64,000 nt of DNA from positions 1 through 64,000 of IMG/VR virus record IMGVR_UViG_3300044712_001462. The stretch is one strand, 5' to 3'. Each line of letters begins with the position of its first letter. Within the stretch, counting starts at the first letter, position 1. Positions 45,146 through 55,789 of this stretch are shown here, one piece after another. Below the pieces are notes generated by a model. That model did no database searches, was not told where the DNA came from, and worked only from the letters and a program-made list of their open reading frames with translations. A program made the translations under genes and the position numbers.

Positions 45146-46686
45146 TACCGAATATCCTCAAGTTTTTCACCGACTGCTTCAATGATCAGACCCTCGCTAG
45201 AGGGGCGTACCCGCAAGATGGTATCAGGCACATCTTGGCTACCGACTGTGATGTTGATGTTGCCACGTTCCCCAGGGCCACAGCACAGAATCTGTGAGAG
45301 GACAGCCGGGGAGCCTTCTCCGCTGGTGACCACGGTGATCACAGAGTCTACAATTGCGGCGGCGACTTCAGCCGCTACTGCTGTATTCACGCTGTGGTAG
45401 ATTCCGCCATCAGTTTCTGTAGTGATGGTAGACGCCTGATAGCGGCCATCGGACGGAGCAGGGCCCGGAGCATCGAGACCCGCGCCAGCTGCCTTCTGGT
45501 TTAAGGCGAAGACTGCGATGTTCTGGTCGACGAGTTCATTGAGCGTGGCTTGAAAGGTGGGATAAGGTTGACCCTTTGCGCCATCTTCCCAGCCAGGGAC
45601 ATCCCCGGCCCAGAGAATTCCTCGCCCAGCTGTGCTACTACCGGTTAATGTATCCCAACCTGTCGCGATGTGCAGTAAAGCAGCGAGGTTCTGTTCTGAG
45701 GTATCTCCACCTCCACCTGCGGTTAGCGCGTTGATTGCAGAGAGGATGGAAGCGCTATCGCTGGTAAAAGGAAGGTGGAGCTTGTAGCCGTAGCTGGCGT
45801 AGTCTCCGCCGTCTTCATAATCTCGATATCCGGCTACCGCCCAACGAATTGTGGCGTCCGGTGCCGTGGCGGTTACAGTCGTCAGGATATCCGGCATAAC
45901 TGTCTTCAAAGTGGATAGAAAACCACTCATCGAGCCTGTGGTATCCACCAGGATCAAGATGTCGGCATTACCTTCACTGTAGACCTCAGATGTACCTGTC
46001 CCTTTGAGTTCGGGCGTGGTAAAGCAGATCCGCTCGATAAACTGAGAGGTTTGGAATTGGGCTGGTGAAGCGCATAGGGCTCGACGGAAAAGCGGATCGC
46101 CTACAGCGTCTACCCTTACAGCTGTAAAAGTGCGCTGAGCGGTTTCGCAGTATCCTCCCACGGTGACTTGGCTACTGGAGAGGACGATGCCACCATCTCC
46201 TACTAACCACACATCCCCTGAAACAACCGAGCCATCATCCAACAAAAGTCCTTGCACCCCGATCCCAGGCATAGGAATGCAGACGGAAGCCACGAAGGGA
46301 GTTTGGCTGGAGGAAAAGGTATGCGTCCCCACGCCCAGCGACTTGAGCTGAGTAAGCCTTACGGCTTCAGAAACCAGCAAACCCGCCGCTCGTCCGTAGG
46401 TATCCACTAAGCGCAACGAATCTGGGACAGCATTGGATTGAAACGAGGCGGAAGCCAGCTGGGTGTTTGTTTCGTCTCCCACGTAAACGGTAGTCGTCGT
46501 GTTGGTAATGACGAGCTTTGAGAGGTAATATTGTCCGGTTCCGCCGACAGGATAAAGCGCCGCGTCTAAGAATGTAGACGGATCGATCGTAATGCCTGCG
46601 GCGTTAGTGAGCAGGGCATCATCCTCAAACGGATAGTTGGTCGGGTCGTGACTGTCTCGCCACTCAGGATGCCGAATGTGTGTCAT
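45145..46686 (-). CDS. fibre scaffold paralog 2 with inserted vWA domain
   Basis: EWRD..TNYPF; DILILVDTTGSM MIDAS, YRDY, GGGDTSE, AGD. Confidence 0.8.
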   Translation of the reverse strand: MTHIRHPEWRDSHDPTNYPFEDDALLTNAAGITIDPSTFLDAALYPVGGTGQYYLSKLVITNTTTTVYVGDETNTQLASASFQSNAVPDSLRLVDTYGRAAGLLVSEAVRLTQLKSLGVGTHTFSSSQTPFVASVCIPMPGIGVQGLLLDDGSVVSGDVWLVGDGGIVLSSSQVTVGGYCETAQRTFTAVRVDAVGDPLFRRALCASPAQFQTSQFIERICFTTPELKGTGTSEVYSEGNADILILVDTTGSMSGFLSTLKTVMPDILTTVTATAPDATIRWAVAGYRDYEDGGDYASYGYKLHLPFTSDSASILSAINALTAGGGGDTSEQNLAALLHIATGWDTLTGSSTAGRGILWAGDVPGWEDGAKGQPYPTFQATLNELVDQNIAVFALNQKAAGAGLDAPGPAPSDGRYQASTITTETDGGIYHSVNTAVAAEVAAAIVDSVITVVTSGEGSPAVLSQILCCGPGERGNINITVGSQDVPDTILRVRPSSEGLIIEAVGEKLEDIR

Positions 46687-48281
46687 CAGGTAATCGGATT
46701 GTTAGCGAGGGTGATCGTAGAGTATTCCGTCGCGGAGCGGTTGCTGAACAGACCGACGGTGCCTTCCGCGGCTCGATAGTTGGGCGTATAGACCGGTCCA
46801 ATCGTCGATAAGACGGCGTCATCGAGACCGGTCACAGTAGCCGTAATCCAGGCCGCATCACTGAGCGTGGAGACAGGCAGTACTGTCACATCAAGTGTAT
46901 AGCGATTATCAATGGTTAGCCCGGTCAGCGCGATCTCTGCGAGAGAGATGAAGGTGGAGCCATTAAACCACCGCACACGCATCTGCTTGTAATCATCCCA
47001 GGTGATATCTACCAGCCAGTAGTTATAGGTCGTGGGACTATCTGGTGTGGTGCGGTAGTTGAGAACCACTCCCGCGTTGTGTAAGGCACCAATATCTCCG
47101 GAACGAATACGACAGGTGGTGGTAATGCGTTTGTAGAAGGTCGTCCAGCTCGGTTCGCCGGTAGGACTGTCGGAGTTGAATAGCAGGAGGTTGACACCGC
47201 CACCATCGGAGAAGAAAGCGGATTGCCCTAGTTCAGCGTCTGCAGCCACCACCACGGATCCCCGGATCAGATCCATATCACCTGTCGTGGTATCTTCGAA
47301 GTTGATGGTGACAGGCAGAGAAGCCAAAACATCGCCTGCTCCCGAGACCAGCTCTTCGAACGTGGGAACTTCGGAGGGGTCGTCAGAGAGATCGATACTG
47401 ATGTCTACGAGGCTGGCGCACAGATCATCATACTCATTAGGCAGTTTGCCAGTCGCATCAGGTAATCGATCCGCCGTAGGACAGGCCTCACCCAGGCCAA
47501 AGCCACAGTCGAGTACGATATTGCAGTTATCAATGTCTTTGCTGATGGCTACGCAGCCCCGAAACTCAAACGTCAGATTACCACAACAGTCCGGACCCAC
47601 ATTGTTGATGAATTCAATGGGCTCTGGTGAGCCGCAGTTCCTCGACTCGGGCCGTTTCCCGCAGGGGCCCGCGTAGTCCTCATAGATGTTGCGCTCACCC
47701 TGATCCGTGTCAGGCTTCAGGCGAATAACCACCGCCTCGTGAATGACTCCCTCGATCTCACGGTCTTCTTTCACGATCTCGATATCATTACCGGCAGACA
47801 GGCGGACGAGACCCGTCAAAGAAGCCTGGTTGTTGAGTGTCCCTAACGAGGTTAGCGGAGCCGGGAAGTATTTACTCGCTGAGCGAAATTGTAAGCGCGA
47901 CTGAGCCAAGGTGGAGAAACGGTAACTTTTCAGGTGCTCTGTCTCAATGCCGTTACCAAACACAATCCAGCCGGACACGCCTGGATAGATGGACTCCAGG
48001 GCATAGTGTCGATAAATGTCGACAGGCCGCGGCAGGCTGATCGAAGCCACGGGCGTGTAGACCGAACTGGCAGCCAGGAAGGTCGCGGTGACGATATTGG
48101 GACCCACAGTAAGCGAGCTGAGTAAAACTTCGTCACCCAGAATACTTGGGAAGCGAAGCTGAATGTCCGCCAGAATATCGTGGGGTAGCCGCTGACCTGC
48201 GTCATCGATCAGCGTGGCGGCATCATCCAGAGGCCAGGGCCGCTGTTCATTCAGGTTGTACCAGCCGAGATTACGCGCCAT
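46686..48281 (-). CDS. fibre scaffold paralog 3 with C-terminal beta-sandwich (lectin-like) domain
   Basis: WYNLNEQRPWPL; INNVGPDCCGN; AGVVLNY...GTVGL. Confidence 0.7.
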   Translation of the reverse strand: MARNLGWYNLNEQRPWPLDDAATLIDDAGQRLPHDILADIQLRFPSILGDEVLLSSLTVGPNIVTATFLAASSVYTPVASISLPRPVDIYRHYALESIYPGVSGWIVFGNGIETEHLKSYRFSTLAQSRLQFRSASKYFPAPLTSLGTLNNQASLTGLVRLSAGNDIEIVKEDREIEGVIHEAVVIRLKPDTDQGERNIYEDYAGPCGKRPESRNCGSPEPIEFINNVGPDCCGNLTFEFRGCVAISKDIDNCNIVLDCGFGLGEACPTADRLPDATGKLPNEYDDLCASLVDISIDLSDDPSEVPTFEELVSGAGDVLASLPVTINFEDTTTGDMDLIRGSVVVAADAELGQSAFFSDGGGVNLLLFNSDSPTGEPSWTTFYKRITTTCRIRSGDIGALHNAGVVLNYRTTPDSPTTYNYWLVDITWDDYKQMRVRWFNGSTFISLAEIALTGLTIDNRYTLDVTVLPVSTLSDAAWITATVTGLDDAVLSTIGPVYTPNYRAAEGTVGLFSNRSATEYSTITLANNPIT

Positions 48282-48287
48282 AGCTAC

Positions 48288-51200
48288 TTATTCACCCGTT
48301 TCACAGCAGCTGCCTGAATCCGATGAGACAATCAAACCCGAGGCCCACGAGATCGGAGTGGCTCCGCCTGGGTTCGCTCCGCCTGCTGCAGAAGCGGAGA
48401 CGGTTAAGGCCACGATGTCGGAGGCGGTACAGCCCGGAAGCTGCAGGACAAACGTAACATAGCCGTTTTCACCCTCGTTGATACAGTCGAATGATGCGGT
48501 GAAGAGGGGCCATTCACCACCCAGCTTGTACGGCATGAGTTGAGAAGGTGGAATGTTGCGATAGGGATCCACGTTTCCGCGTCGGTAAGTCGTGCCGCAG
48601 AGGACACAACCGGCAATCGTGGAAGCCGAGAAGTCCAGAGTCAGCTCCCCGTCGAGGAGTGGTTCCGTGGTTCCATTACACAGAGAAGCTGCCACCGCTA
48701 GACGACACGAACCAATGGGGAGCAGAGCCATCTGGAGTAGATTGGCTTGTCGGCAAGACTTCTGGGCATTCCAGCGGTCAATGTTCTCTTTGTACTGGTC
48801 GCGTACCGCTTCCGCGCGTCTCCCTAACTCAGCGTAACGATTACTGACACGGCGGATGGCTTCGTAAACGTTGACGAAGTCATCGCACTCGCAGCAGGGC
48901 CCGCAGTCATTCGAGATCTTGAGCGTGGCTTGGTTCAGCCGAATATTCCGAGTGCCACCCAGATAGGTGTACTCCAGAGGACCCAGCTCAGAGACGGCTT
49001 CTGGATCACTCTCGAGGATAGGCTGTTCAAGTCGGTAGCACTCCGCAGCATCCAGTCTCAGGTTACCGGCATCATCCGCGGTGACTCCGTTGATTCGGCG
49101 CAGCACTGGGACCGCATCACAGCCCGGATATTGTCCGAGTCCGGCTCCGGGTACTGCCTCCAATAAAACGTTGGTGACTCGCCGAGTGCCATCTACATCG
49201 GTCTGACTCTGGACATCCAGAATACTGTTGTAGCCTGCCTGCCAAACCACAGGAGAGCCTGCGGGGATAACAACGTCACCTGAGGTATCTACCAGCGCCG
49301 TGCCGACTCGCAGCTCCGTAACTTGAGAAACAACACGCTCATAAGTACGCGGATCGAGTCGAGCATCAAGCGGCTCGAAATACCGAGGCCAGTTTCTGGG
49401 TGTCTCGCCGATGGCCCAAGTGCGATACAACGTCAGGCGCAAGATCTCGTCGTCCGACGTCGTCCACTGCAGGATTAGTTTGGAGGCGGCCCAGGTGTTG
49501 ATGGAGAAATCAAATGCATCTCGAGAATCGAAGACGACTCGGTCCTGGGCATCCGTAATCGCCACATCATACCGATGTACCTCTCCAGTGGGATTCGTTG
49601 CGGCAAGCGTACCAAAACCTGAAAGCCAAGCAACTTTGAACGGCTGCTCGAGCTGGCAGTAATGATCCTGATAGCGCAAATAGAGATCCCCGATCAGGAT
49701 GTCCAGATCATCCGAGGGATCCACAAAGGGGAAGCGTGTTCCACCTTGGTTCTGATCGACCGCGACCTGCTGTCTGCCTACCTCGTCGAATACCGTGAGC
49801 GAAGAGGATGAGACATACGATTCACTGCTTACCAGTGAGCTGGAGAGAGAGCTCTCAGGGTACACGTAACTGGAAGAGGACGTCAGGCTGGAGTAGGAAC
49901 TAGTGAGGCTGCTACTGAACTCCGCGCCCAGGCTGGAGTAGCCGTTGCAGTTATCGAAGTAGAAGTAATCGTAGAACGTACCTGCTGTGGAGTTGAGGAC
50001 GCGAATACCAAACTTGGTAGCCGTAACGTTGTAGTCCGCAGTGAACGAGAGACTGGCTAGGGTGGTAGTACCATTCCAGATCGTGACGGTCGCCAGGTTA
50101 CCGTTGATCTGGATGACAGCTATTAGCCGAGTATCGAGAGGCAGGTACGGAGAGATAGCCGTGCTGGCAATCTCCGTGACGCCATCCTTGAGAATTTGAA
50201 TGCGGGCTTGGGTAATGTGCACATGGGTATAGGTGTTGTCATCCACCACCCGCAGTACAAAGCCAGCCGCTTTGACCAAGCTGGAGGTATGGAGCTGGAA
50301 AGCAGATGTCAGGGTCCCGTTACAGTATCCGGCGTCCACATACGCCATCGTCTCCGGCCAGAGCGAGCCAAAAGGCCGGACGACCATCTGACCAATAATG
50401 GAGAGGTAGGGTGCGGCATCGCCTTCCCAGACGATTCCGTCTCCGCCGAGATAGGTTATTCCGTTGGTAGACAAACCATCGGTATACCCCAGACCACTGG
50501 CTGACGACCGGGCAAAGCTGTCACCGATCCAGGGAATACACGTCGTAGGGGTCAGAGAGCTACTGGAACTGGTGAGACTACTGGTAGGTTCATCCGGAGT
50601 GTAGGAACTGCTCAGCGTGATCGAGCTAGAAGTGAGGTAGCTACAGGCAAAAAGCTCCACATCATCGATGTCGATCTGGGTGAAGGTACCTTCTAGTTCG
50701 ACGACCGCGGAGATCCGTCCGCGCACATACCCGGAAGCAGGGACGATGAAGCTGACTTCAAAGAGTCCTGTGGTGGACGTACTTGCGGAGGCCAGTAAGG
50801 AGCCATTACTAGCGTCATAGACTGCGGCGGTCAGCACTGCAGGCGATGACCAGTGTACAGCTTGAATCTGTACCGAGAGTGTTCCTGCCGTAGCCGGAAC
50901 TAATCCAGAGACCGACTGCTCCACGTACGCAGGATCCGCATACTCGGCATAGAGCCGGACTGTTTTGTCCGACAGAACTGTAGCCAGGTGATTACCCCAG
51001 CCCACAAAGTCATAGTCAAACGTGCTGTTGATAAACTGGTTGTAGCAATAGTACGGCGATTCAGAAGAGCTGATCACCGACTCGGAAGATGTATCGGAAC
51101 TACCGGCTAACCCACCAAACAAAAAGGCAAACACTTGTCTGGCTGTGGTATCTACCGAGGACCAAGTCAGTGCAATATTGGTCTCGTTGAGGGCTACTGT

Positions 51201-52346
51201 GGAAACTGCGGCCGCAGCATTGACTCGATCGGTATTTTTCCAGAGACGTAGCGCGTAGTTGCTATACTCACGGAAACCATTTTGCGGAGAAACACTGCTT
51301 TTATCGTCGGCCCACACAGCGGCCTGCACACCAGGAGCCGAGACCGCGCCAATCGCGATCTGAGCATGGGAGGTGGCGGATGTGGATGCTACCTTACCGG
51401 TACTCAGAAACAAAGCGGCTTGGGCGTTGACCGCTGAGGAGACTGTTTGGGTCTGTGCTGTTGTAGGCTGGGTGATGGAGAGAATATCTGTCTCCATTCC
51501 CTTTAAGCAGATGGCCCAGAAATAGGTGCTGGCCGCGGAGGTGAGCCCTGTGAAGTTCATCGTAAACCCGTCAGCATCAAACGATGTCAACGAGCCTTCA
51601 CCTACTGACGCTCCCGTGGTTGAGGAGAGATACTGTAGGAGCGTGGTGGAAAGTTGCTTCGACCAGCAGCTGGTGGTTGTTGGGACGTCGGCGTAGTTTT
51701 CAGACAGCGTCACCGAAGCCTGACTGGTGGCGTTCGCCATCCCAATACAGGCATAGGATCCACCAGTGACTGCGCTGGCTCCTCGGGCCCCGAATACCAA
51801 TACGGAGTCGGGCTGAAATCCACATCCAGTGAATGATTTGGAGCTATTGCTGGCGGGGACTCGGCACTGTCTGATACAGACGTTCTCAATATCACTCCCG
51901 CCCAGCGCCAGATAGTTAACCACCAGCGGAGAAGCGATCGATTCAACAACCCACCGCAAGGTAAAACCGGTGGACGAGAAGCTCTGCACCACACCTCCCG
52001 CAGGGTCTTCTGGAAATCCGGTCGCATTGCAGCGAAAGATGGTGACAGAGGTGTCGCGGTTGGCATAGGTCAGGGCTGTGGGGGTTGTACCGCCTTCCGT
52101 GCTGCCTGTAGATAGGTAAGCGGAATCAACGAGACCCTCGGTAACAATGTCCGGAATTCCCGGGGCAACGGCGGCACCAAATCCAAAGCCATATTCAGGG
52201 GCCGTAGCTCCGTCTTCGTCAGCCGTACCCCAAAAGAACAGAATCAGCTTGGGCTCAAAGCCTACTGAGATTGTCTGATCGAAGGTAGTTGGAACAGCCC
52301 CTGGGAGCGGGATGTTAATGGTGCCTGCGCGAGTCAGCAGAGCCAT
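48288..52346 (-). CDS. large tail fibre / receptor-binding protein (scaffold paralog 4)
   Basis: Repeated GF.P..V and S.GFT..W units, CBM-like NSTF...W...IDDVEL domain, lectin-like domain, Ser-rich linkers, RRINGVTADDAGN and NDCGPCCEC. Confidence 0.75.
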   Translation of the reverse strand: MALLTRAGTINIPLPGAVPTTFDQTISVGFEPKLILFFWGTADEDGATAPEYGFGFGAAVAPGIPDIVTEGLVDSAYLSTGSTEGGTTPTALTYANRDTSVTIFRCNATGFPEDPAGGVVQSFSSTGFTLRWVVESIASPLVVNYLALGGSDIENVCIRQCRVPASNSSKSFTGCGFQPDSVLVFGARGASAVTGGSYACIGMANATSQASVTLSENYADVPTTTSCWSKQLSTTLLQYLSSTTGASVGEGSLTSFDADGFTMNFTGLTSAASTYFWAICLKGMETDILSITQPTTAQTQTVSSAVNAQAALFLSTGKVASTSATSHAQIAIGAVSAPGVQAAVWADDKSSVSPQNGFREYSNYALRLWKNTDRVNAAAAVSTVALNETNIALTWSSVDTTARQVFAFLFGGLAGSSDTSSESVISSSESPYYCYNQFINSTFDYDFVGWGNHLATVLSDKTVRLYAEYADPAYVEQSVSGLVPATAGTLSVQIQAVHWSSPAVLTAAVYDASNGSLLASASTSTTGLFEVSFIVPASGYVRGRISAVVELEGTFTQIDIDDVELFACSYLTSSSITLSSSYTPDEPTSSLTSSSSSLTPTTCIPWIGDSFARSSASGLGYTDGLSTNGITYLGGDGIVWEGDAAPYLSIIGQMVVRPFGSLWPETMAYVDAGYCNGTLTSAFQLHTSSLVKAAGFVLRVVDDNTYTHVHITQARIQILKDGVTEIASTAISPYLPLDTRLIAVIQINGNLATVTIWNGTTTLASLSFTADYNVTATKFGIRVLNSTAGTFYDYFYFDNCNGYSSLGAEFSSSLTSSYSSLTSSSSYVYPESSLSSSLVSSESYVSSSSLTVFDEVGRQQVAVDQNQGGTRFPFVDPSDDLDILIGDLYLRYQDHYCQLEQPFKVAWLSGFGTLAATNPTGEVHRYDVAITDAQDRVVFDSRDAFDFSINTWAASKLILQWTTSDDEILRLTLYRTWAIGETPRNWPRYFEPLDARLDPRTYERVVSQVTELRVGTALVDTSGDVVIPAGSPVVWQAGYNSILDVQSQTDVDGTRRVTNVLLEAVPGAGLGQYPGCDAVPVLRRINGVTADDAGNLRLDAAECYRLEQPILESDPEAVSELGPLEYTYLGGTRNIRLNQATLKISNDCGPCCECDDFVNVYEAIRRVSNRYAELGRRAEAVRDQYKENIDRWNAQKSCRQANLLQMALLPIGSCRLAVAASLCNGTTEPLLDGELTLDFSASTIAGCVLCGTTYRRGNVDPYRNIPPSQLMPYKLGGEWPLFTASFDCINEGENGYVTFVLQLPGCTASDIVALTVSASAAGGANPGGATPISWASGLIVSSDSGSCCETGE

Positions 52347-52361
52347 GAATTGTTCCCTGTG

Positions 52362-53318
52362 TTATTCGCACGGCGTAGCGGGTGTGCAGCCTCGATCGCC
52401 TAGGCGACTACCCAAGATGACTTGATCCGTCTGCGTGACACGCGCTTCCAGGCTGACGAGGAAGTTCTCGAGTGTTGTCGCCTTCTCCCCAAACGATTCC
52501 AGCGCCTGAGTGATCGTGACTAGCTCCGAACAGCCGCAGCAGGGCTCCGAGCAGACATCGTTGAAGGTGAGCGCATGGGTACCGGAGTTGATCTCCATGC
52601 AGTCATTACCCAGAAACGTGAAGTTCCCTTCGCTATCTGGAGTGATGCCGTTGAGTGTGCGAATCGGAATGGTAGAGGTGTCGTCACAGATACAGGTCTC
52701 AGTCAGCCCTTCACCCTCAATGGCATCGAAGACAATGATTGGGGAGACGCCTTCAGCCAATACCGGAGTCAGACGGAAATTGCGCCCAGCCACGAGCCGA
52801 ATAACGCCTGTGAGTTCGTCACTGAGCTCTCCGCCATTATCTAGCTGGAGAGCGGTAACACCCCGCAGATTCGGTCGGACAACGTCGGGTTCCAGGCGAC
52901 TACCGTCGACATCGAAGTTCCAGAGCCCCGCCGGTTGGATACCGATGTTGTGCAGTGAACCGATCTGGAGCCATCCCCAGCTGTCTGCGAAGTCACCTAA
53001 CCCACCGAGACCGTAGACCTGGTTAGTGGTGTGACTAGCGGAAGAGATGAGTGCTGAGGCGACGTCCACGTCTCCGTCGTTGGCGGCATACCCAATCGTG
53101 AGGCTGTAACCCACCGGACCCGCTTCAATTTTGCGTACAAAGAAGCTGGCCGGATTGATATTATTGGCCCAGGTCACAGGCAGATACAAAGCCACGAGGA
53201 AATCCTCGGGTATCTCGAAGGTACCTGTGGTGTCTTTCTTCGTACTCTCTGCAGTCAGAGGGTACGAGCGCTGCGCATTATGTGCGAGCCAGTCTAAGTT
53301 AAAGTGACCAACAGGCAT
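52362..53318 (-). CDS. fibre scaffold paralog 5
   Basis: DWLAHNAQRSYPL; IRTLNGITPDSEGN; NDVCSEPCCGC. Confidence 0.7.
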   Translation of the reverse strand: MPVGHFNLDWLAHNAQRSYPLTAESTKKDTTGTFEIPEDFLVALYLPVTWANNINPASFFVRKIEAGPVGYSLTIGYAANDGDVDVASALISSASHTTNQVYGLGGLGDFADSWGWLQIGSLHNIGIQPAGLWNFDVDGSRLEPDVVRPNLRGVTALQLDNGGELSDELTGVIRLVAGRNFRLTPVLAEGVSPIIVFDAIEGEGLTETCICDDTSTIPIRTLNGITPDSEGNFTFLGNDCMEINSGTHALTFNDVCSEPCCGCSELVTITQALESFGEKATTLENFLVSLEARVTQTDQVILGSRLGDRGCTPATPCE

Positions 53319-53333
53319 CCTTGCCTCCTCAGG

Positions 53334-55145
53334 TTACACCGCGGCGGTGATGACAGGTCGCTGATCAATGACGTGCATGTCGCCGCTATAGCCGTCTCCG
53401 CCGTATCCATTCCTGGTGACCGAGAACAGCACTACATCCCCCGGGTATGCTGTGAATGTACTCGTGGCGACTTCGATGTATTCCGCAGCACCCATGGCTG
53501 TGGGAGCCTGGGCTGCCGACATATCCAGAGTCAGGGCCGTATCGGTTAACGGCAAAGCGGTATGAGTCGAAGCGGGACTGGGTCTGGGGATACGGCGATA
53601 ACTCACGTCCAGATCGGGTAAACTACCAGCGCTGATAGCGAGCAAGCGCAAACGAATCTGCATGGTTACCGAAGTGATACCGTCCAGCGTAGCAGGGATT
53701 TCAAACCGCGCTCGATAAGCTGAATCACGACCGGCAGGCATTCCCAAGCCAAGTACATCTTCGTAATTCTCCTCAGTCACTCCATCCAGGCGTACCAACT
53801 GAACAGGCAGTTCTCCGCCCAGAGCACTCGTGATGACTGCAATGTTGACGGTTCCACGGTGCTCATCATCGGCTGTATCGGTGCTCGTCAAGTACACGTT
53901 ACTGGAGCTGGACGTAATGGCTTCGACGACGGGTCCTCGCCGGAACTGATTGTTCACGAGTTCCTTGAATACAATGTGACCGGCTGTCGTCGTATCGGAG
54001 GCCACAACATTGTCGGAATCAAACGCGATCTGCAGGGCCCCAGTGGAACCAGGAAGTCCTGTGGAGACGCAAGTAATGTCGAGGAAGTTCTCACTGCCTT
54101 CAGCCACCTGGAGAGAGGTAACGACGTTTCCAGCAGTCATAAACGTCATCCGGGCGAACCACAGGGTGAGCTGCATCTGGAGGTTACGCGGACATTCCAG
54201 ACTGTAGCTGCTGACAATGCTCGAGACGGCAGACGAGTCGTAGTCGACGGGCCAAGGCACATCTCCGTAGCAATCACTCATCCACCAGATGCCGTTCTCG
54301 TCGATAACTGCCAGACCGTCTGGGCCCAGCGGAACACCCATACCTAGGTAGTCTTTGAGTTCCCCTTTGTTCCACTCCAAGTACACGTTGGAGAGCGGAA
54401 TCGGAGGCCATAGGTTGTTCAAAGCGCTGGCAGACAGGTTGTAACCAAACGCTGCGCCATAGGGGGCTTTCCCGGCGAAGATTGCGTGATCGGCAGGGAG
54501 CCAACCTTCTACCGCCGTATCTGGATTCGTGATCTCGTGTCGGAGATCCAGAGCCGGAGGTGTATGATCCCCGGCCGGGAGACACACCAGCTCAAACTTG
54601 TAGTGCCGGTGGTCCATAAAGGCGTCGTAGAGCCGTGGGTTGATGAACACATGTCCGTCGTCATCTGCTGAGAGCACCGGGACTGTTACTGCAGGGGACT
54701 GCTGTGTCAGCAATCCGGGAGAACCGGCTGACAGGAAATAGATACCTGGCTCGACTGTGCCACCCGTAGCCAACGAGATATCGAGTTCCGCATAGCCCGT
54801 AAGCAGAATATCCGCGGAGGTGCTGTTGTGCTTCGTGTGGACCACACCCCAGACCTGGGCGGATTCATTCGTAATGAGATCGCCTTCAGCGCTCATCGTG
54901 GAAGCCGCTAAGGCGAGTTCAAAACGGTTGCTTACCGAGTTGAAGTAGACGGGAGCACCGACAAAGGTATTCGAAGCAACAGTGACGCTACGAGCAAACA
55001 CAGCCGAACCTAGTTCCGTAGTGTCGATCAGCTGCTTGAGATACTTGATGTTCCCATCCAGCTGTCGCAGCACCCGGTTGATGGTCCCCGAGTCGACCGG
55101 GTCACCGTTGCGGATGAGTGTAATAAGATCTTGATAGGTTGCCAT
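53334..55145 (-). CDS. virion tail/baseplate protein
   Basis: IRNGDPVD..TINR.LRQL..N..YLK N terminus; position in tail module. Confidence 0.7.
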   Translation of the reverse strand: MATYQDLITLIRNGDPVDSGTINRVLRQLDGNIKYLKQLIDTTELGSAVFARSVTVASNTFVGAPVYFNSVSNRFELALAASTMSAEGDLITNESAQVWGVVHTKHNSTSADILLTGYAELDISLATGGTVEPGIYFLSAGSPGLLTQQSPAVTVPVLSADDDGHVFINPRLYDAFMDHRHYKFELVCLPAGDHTPPALDLRHEITNPDTAVEGWLPADHAIFAGKAPYGAAFGYNLSASALNNLWPPIPLSNVYLEWNKGELKDYLGMGVPLGPDGLAVIDENGIWWMSDCYGDVPWPVDYDSSAVSSIVSSYSLECPRNLQMQLTLWFARMTFMTAGNVVTSLQVAEGSENFLDITCVSTGLPGSTGALQIAFDSDNVVASDTTTAGHIVFKELVNNQFRRGPVVEAITSSSSNVYLTSTDTADDEHRGTVNIAVITSALGGELPVQLVRLDGVTEENYEDVLGLGMPAGRDSAYRARFEIPATLDGITSVTMQIRLRLLAISAGSLPDLDVSYRRIPRPSPASTHTALPLTDTALTLDMSAAQAPTAMGAAEYIEVATSTFTAYPGDVVLFSVTRNGYGGDGYSGDMHVIDQRPVITAAV

Positions 55146-55165
55146 CGCGTATATTCTTCTCCGGC

Positions 55166-55783
55166 TTACTCGCCTGTAATGTCCCAGCTAAGACCAATCT
55201 GACTGTTCTGGGCGACAACGATCTGGTTCTCGGTAGTGAAATAGGTCCGGCTGAAAATGACATCCTGAGAGGGATCATCGTATTCCGGACAGGCGACCAG
55301 CGATGCGCCATAGACATAGCTACCCAGACCACAGGTCAACCCGTTAACGCCGGTTTTCGTCTCGGTCTGGGCAAAAAAGCGGGCTCGGTTGTCGACCAGA
55401 AACAAAGTGGAATCCGTGTTATCCAGTCGCGTAGCAATCACAGGCACGCGCAAATAGTCCTGGTTGGGATCTGTGTCGTTTAACGAGGCGTAGTAATCGA
55501 CAGAACCACCGCGAGTTGCTGTGGGAGGCGTGGGCGCGGAACCCGAGTTGTCAAACTCGATGTACATCGCGTTGATATGCCACGACTTCCCATCTGGTCG
55601 ATTACATAGGTTCTTCACCAGGATGCCTGCCCAGTCGTAGCAGATGGCATTGGGCGTGGTGTAGAGGGGGTTATTCCAGTCCCAGAAATAGGAGAGTTCC
55701 GAATCTCCAGGTAGACGTTCTTCGTGTACACGGTAGAGAGTAACCTGGCCTTTAAGCAACCAAGCGGGAATCAGTCTGTCCAT
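55166..55783 (-). CDS. baseplate/tail structural protein
   Basis: Beta-rich; position in baseplate cluster. Confidence 0.65.
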   Translation of the reverse strand: MDRLIPAWLLKGQVTLYRVHEERLPGDSELSYFWDWNNPLYTTPNAICYDWAGILVKNLCNRPDGKSWHINAMYIEFDNSGSAPTPPTATRGGSVDYYASLNDTDPNQDYLRVPVIATRLDNTDSTLFLVDNRARFFAQTETKTGVNGLTCGLGSYVYGASLVACPEYDDPSQDVIFSRTYFTTENQIVVAQNSQIGLSWDITGE

Positions 55784-55789
55784 GAGAAC

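Noticed and set aside
48288-52346. Diversity-generating retroelement target fibre
   Set aside because: No reverse transcriptase and no template/variable repeat pair seen in the window.
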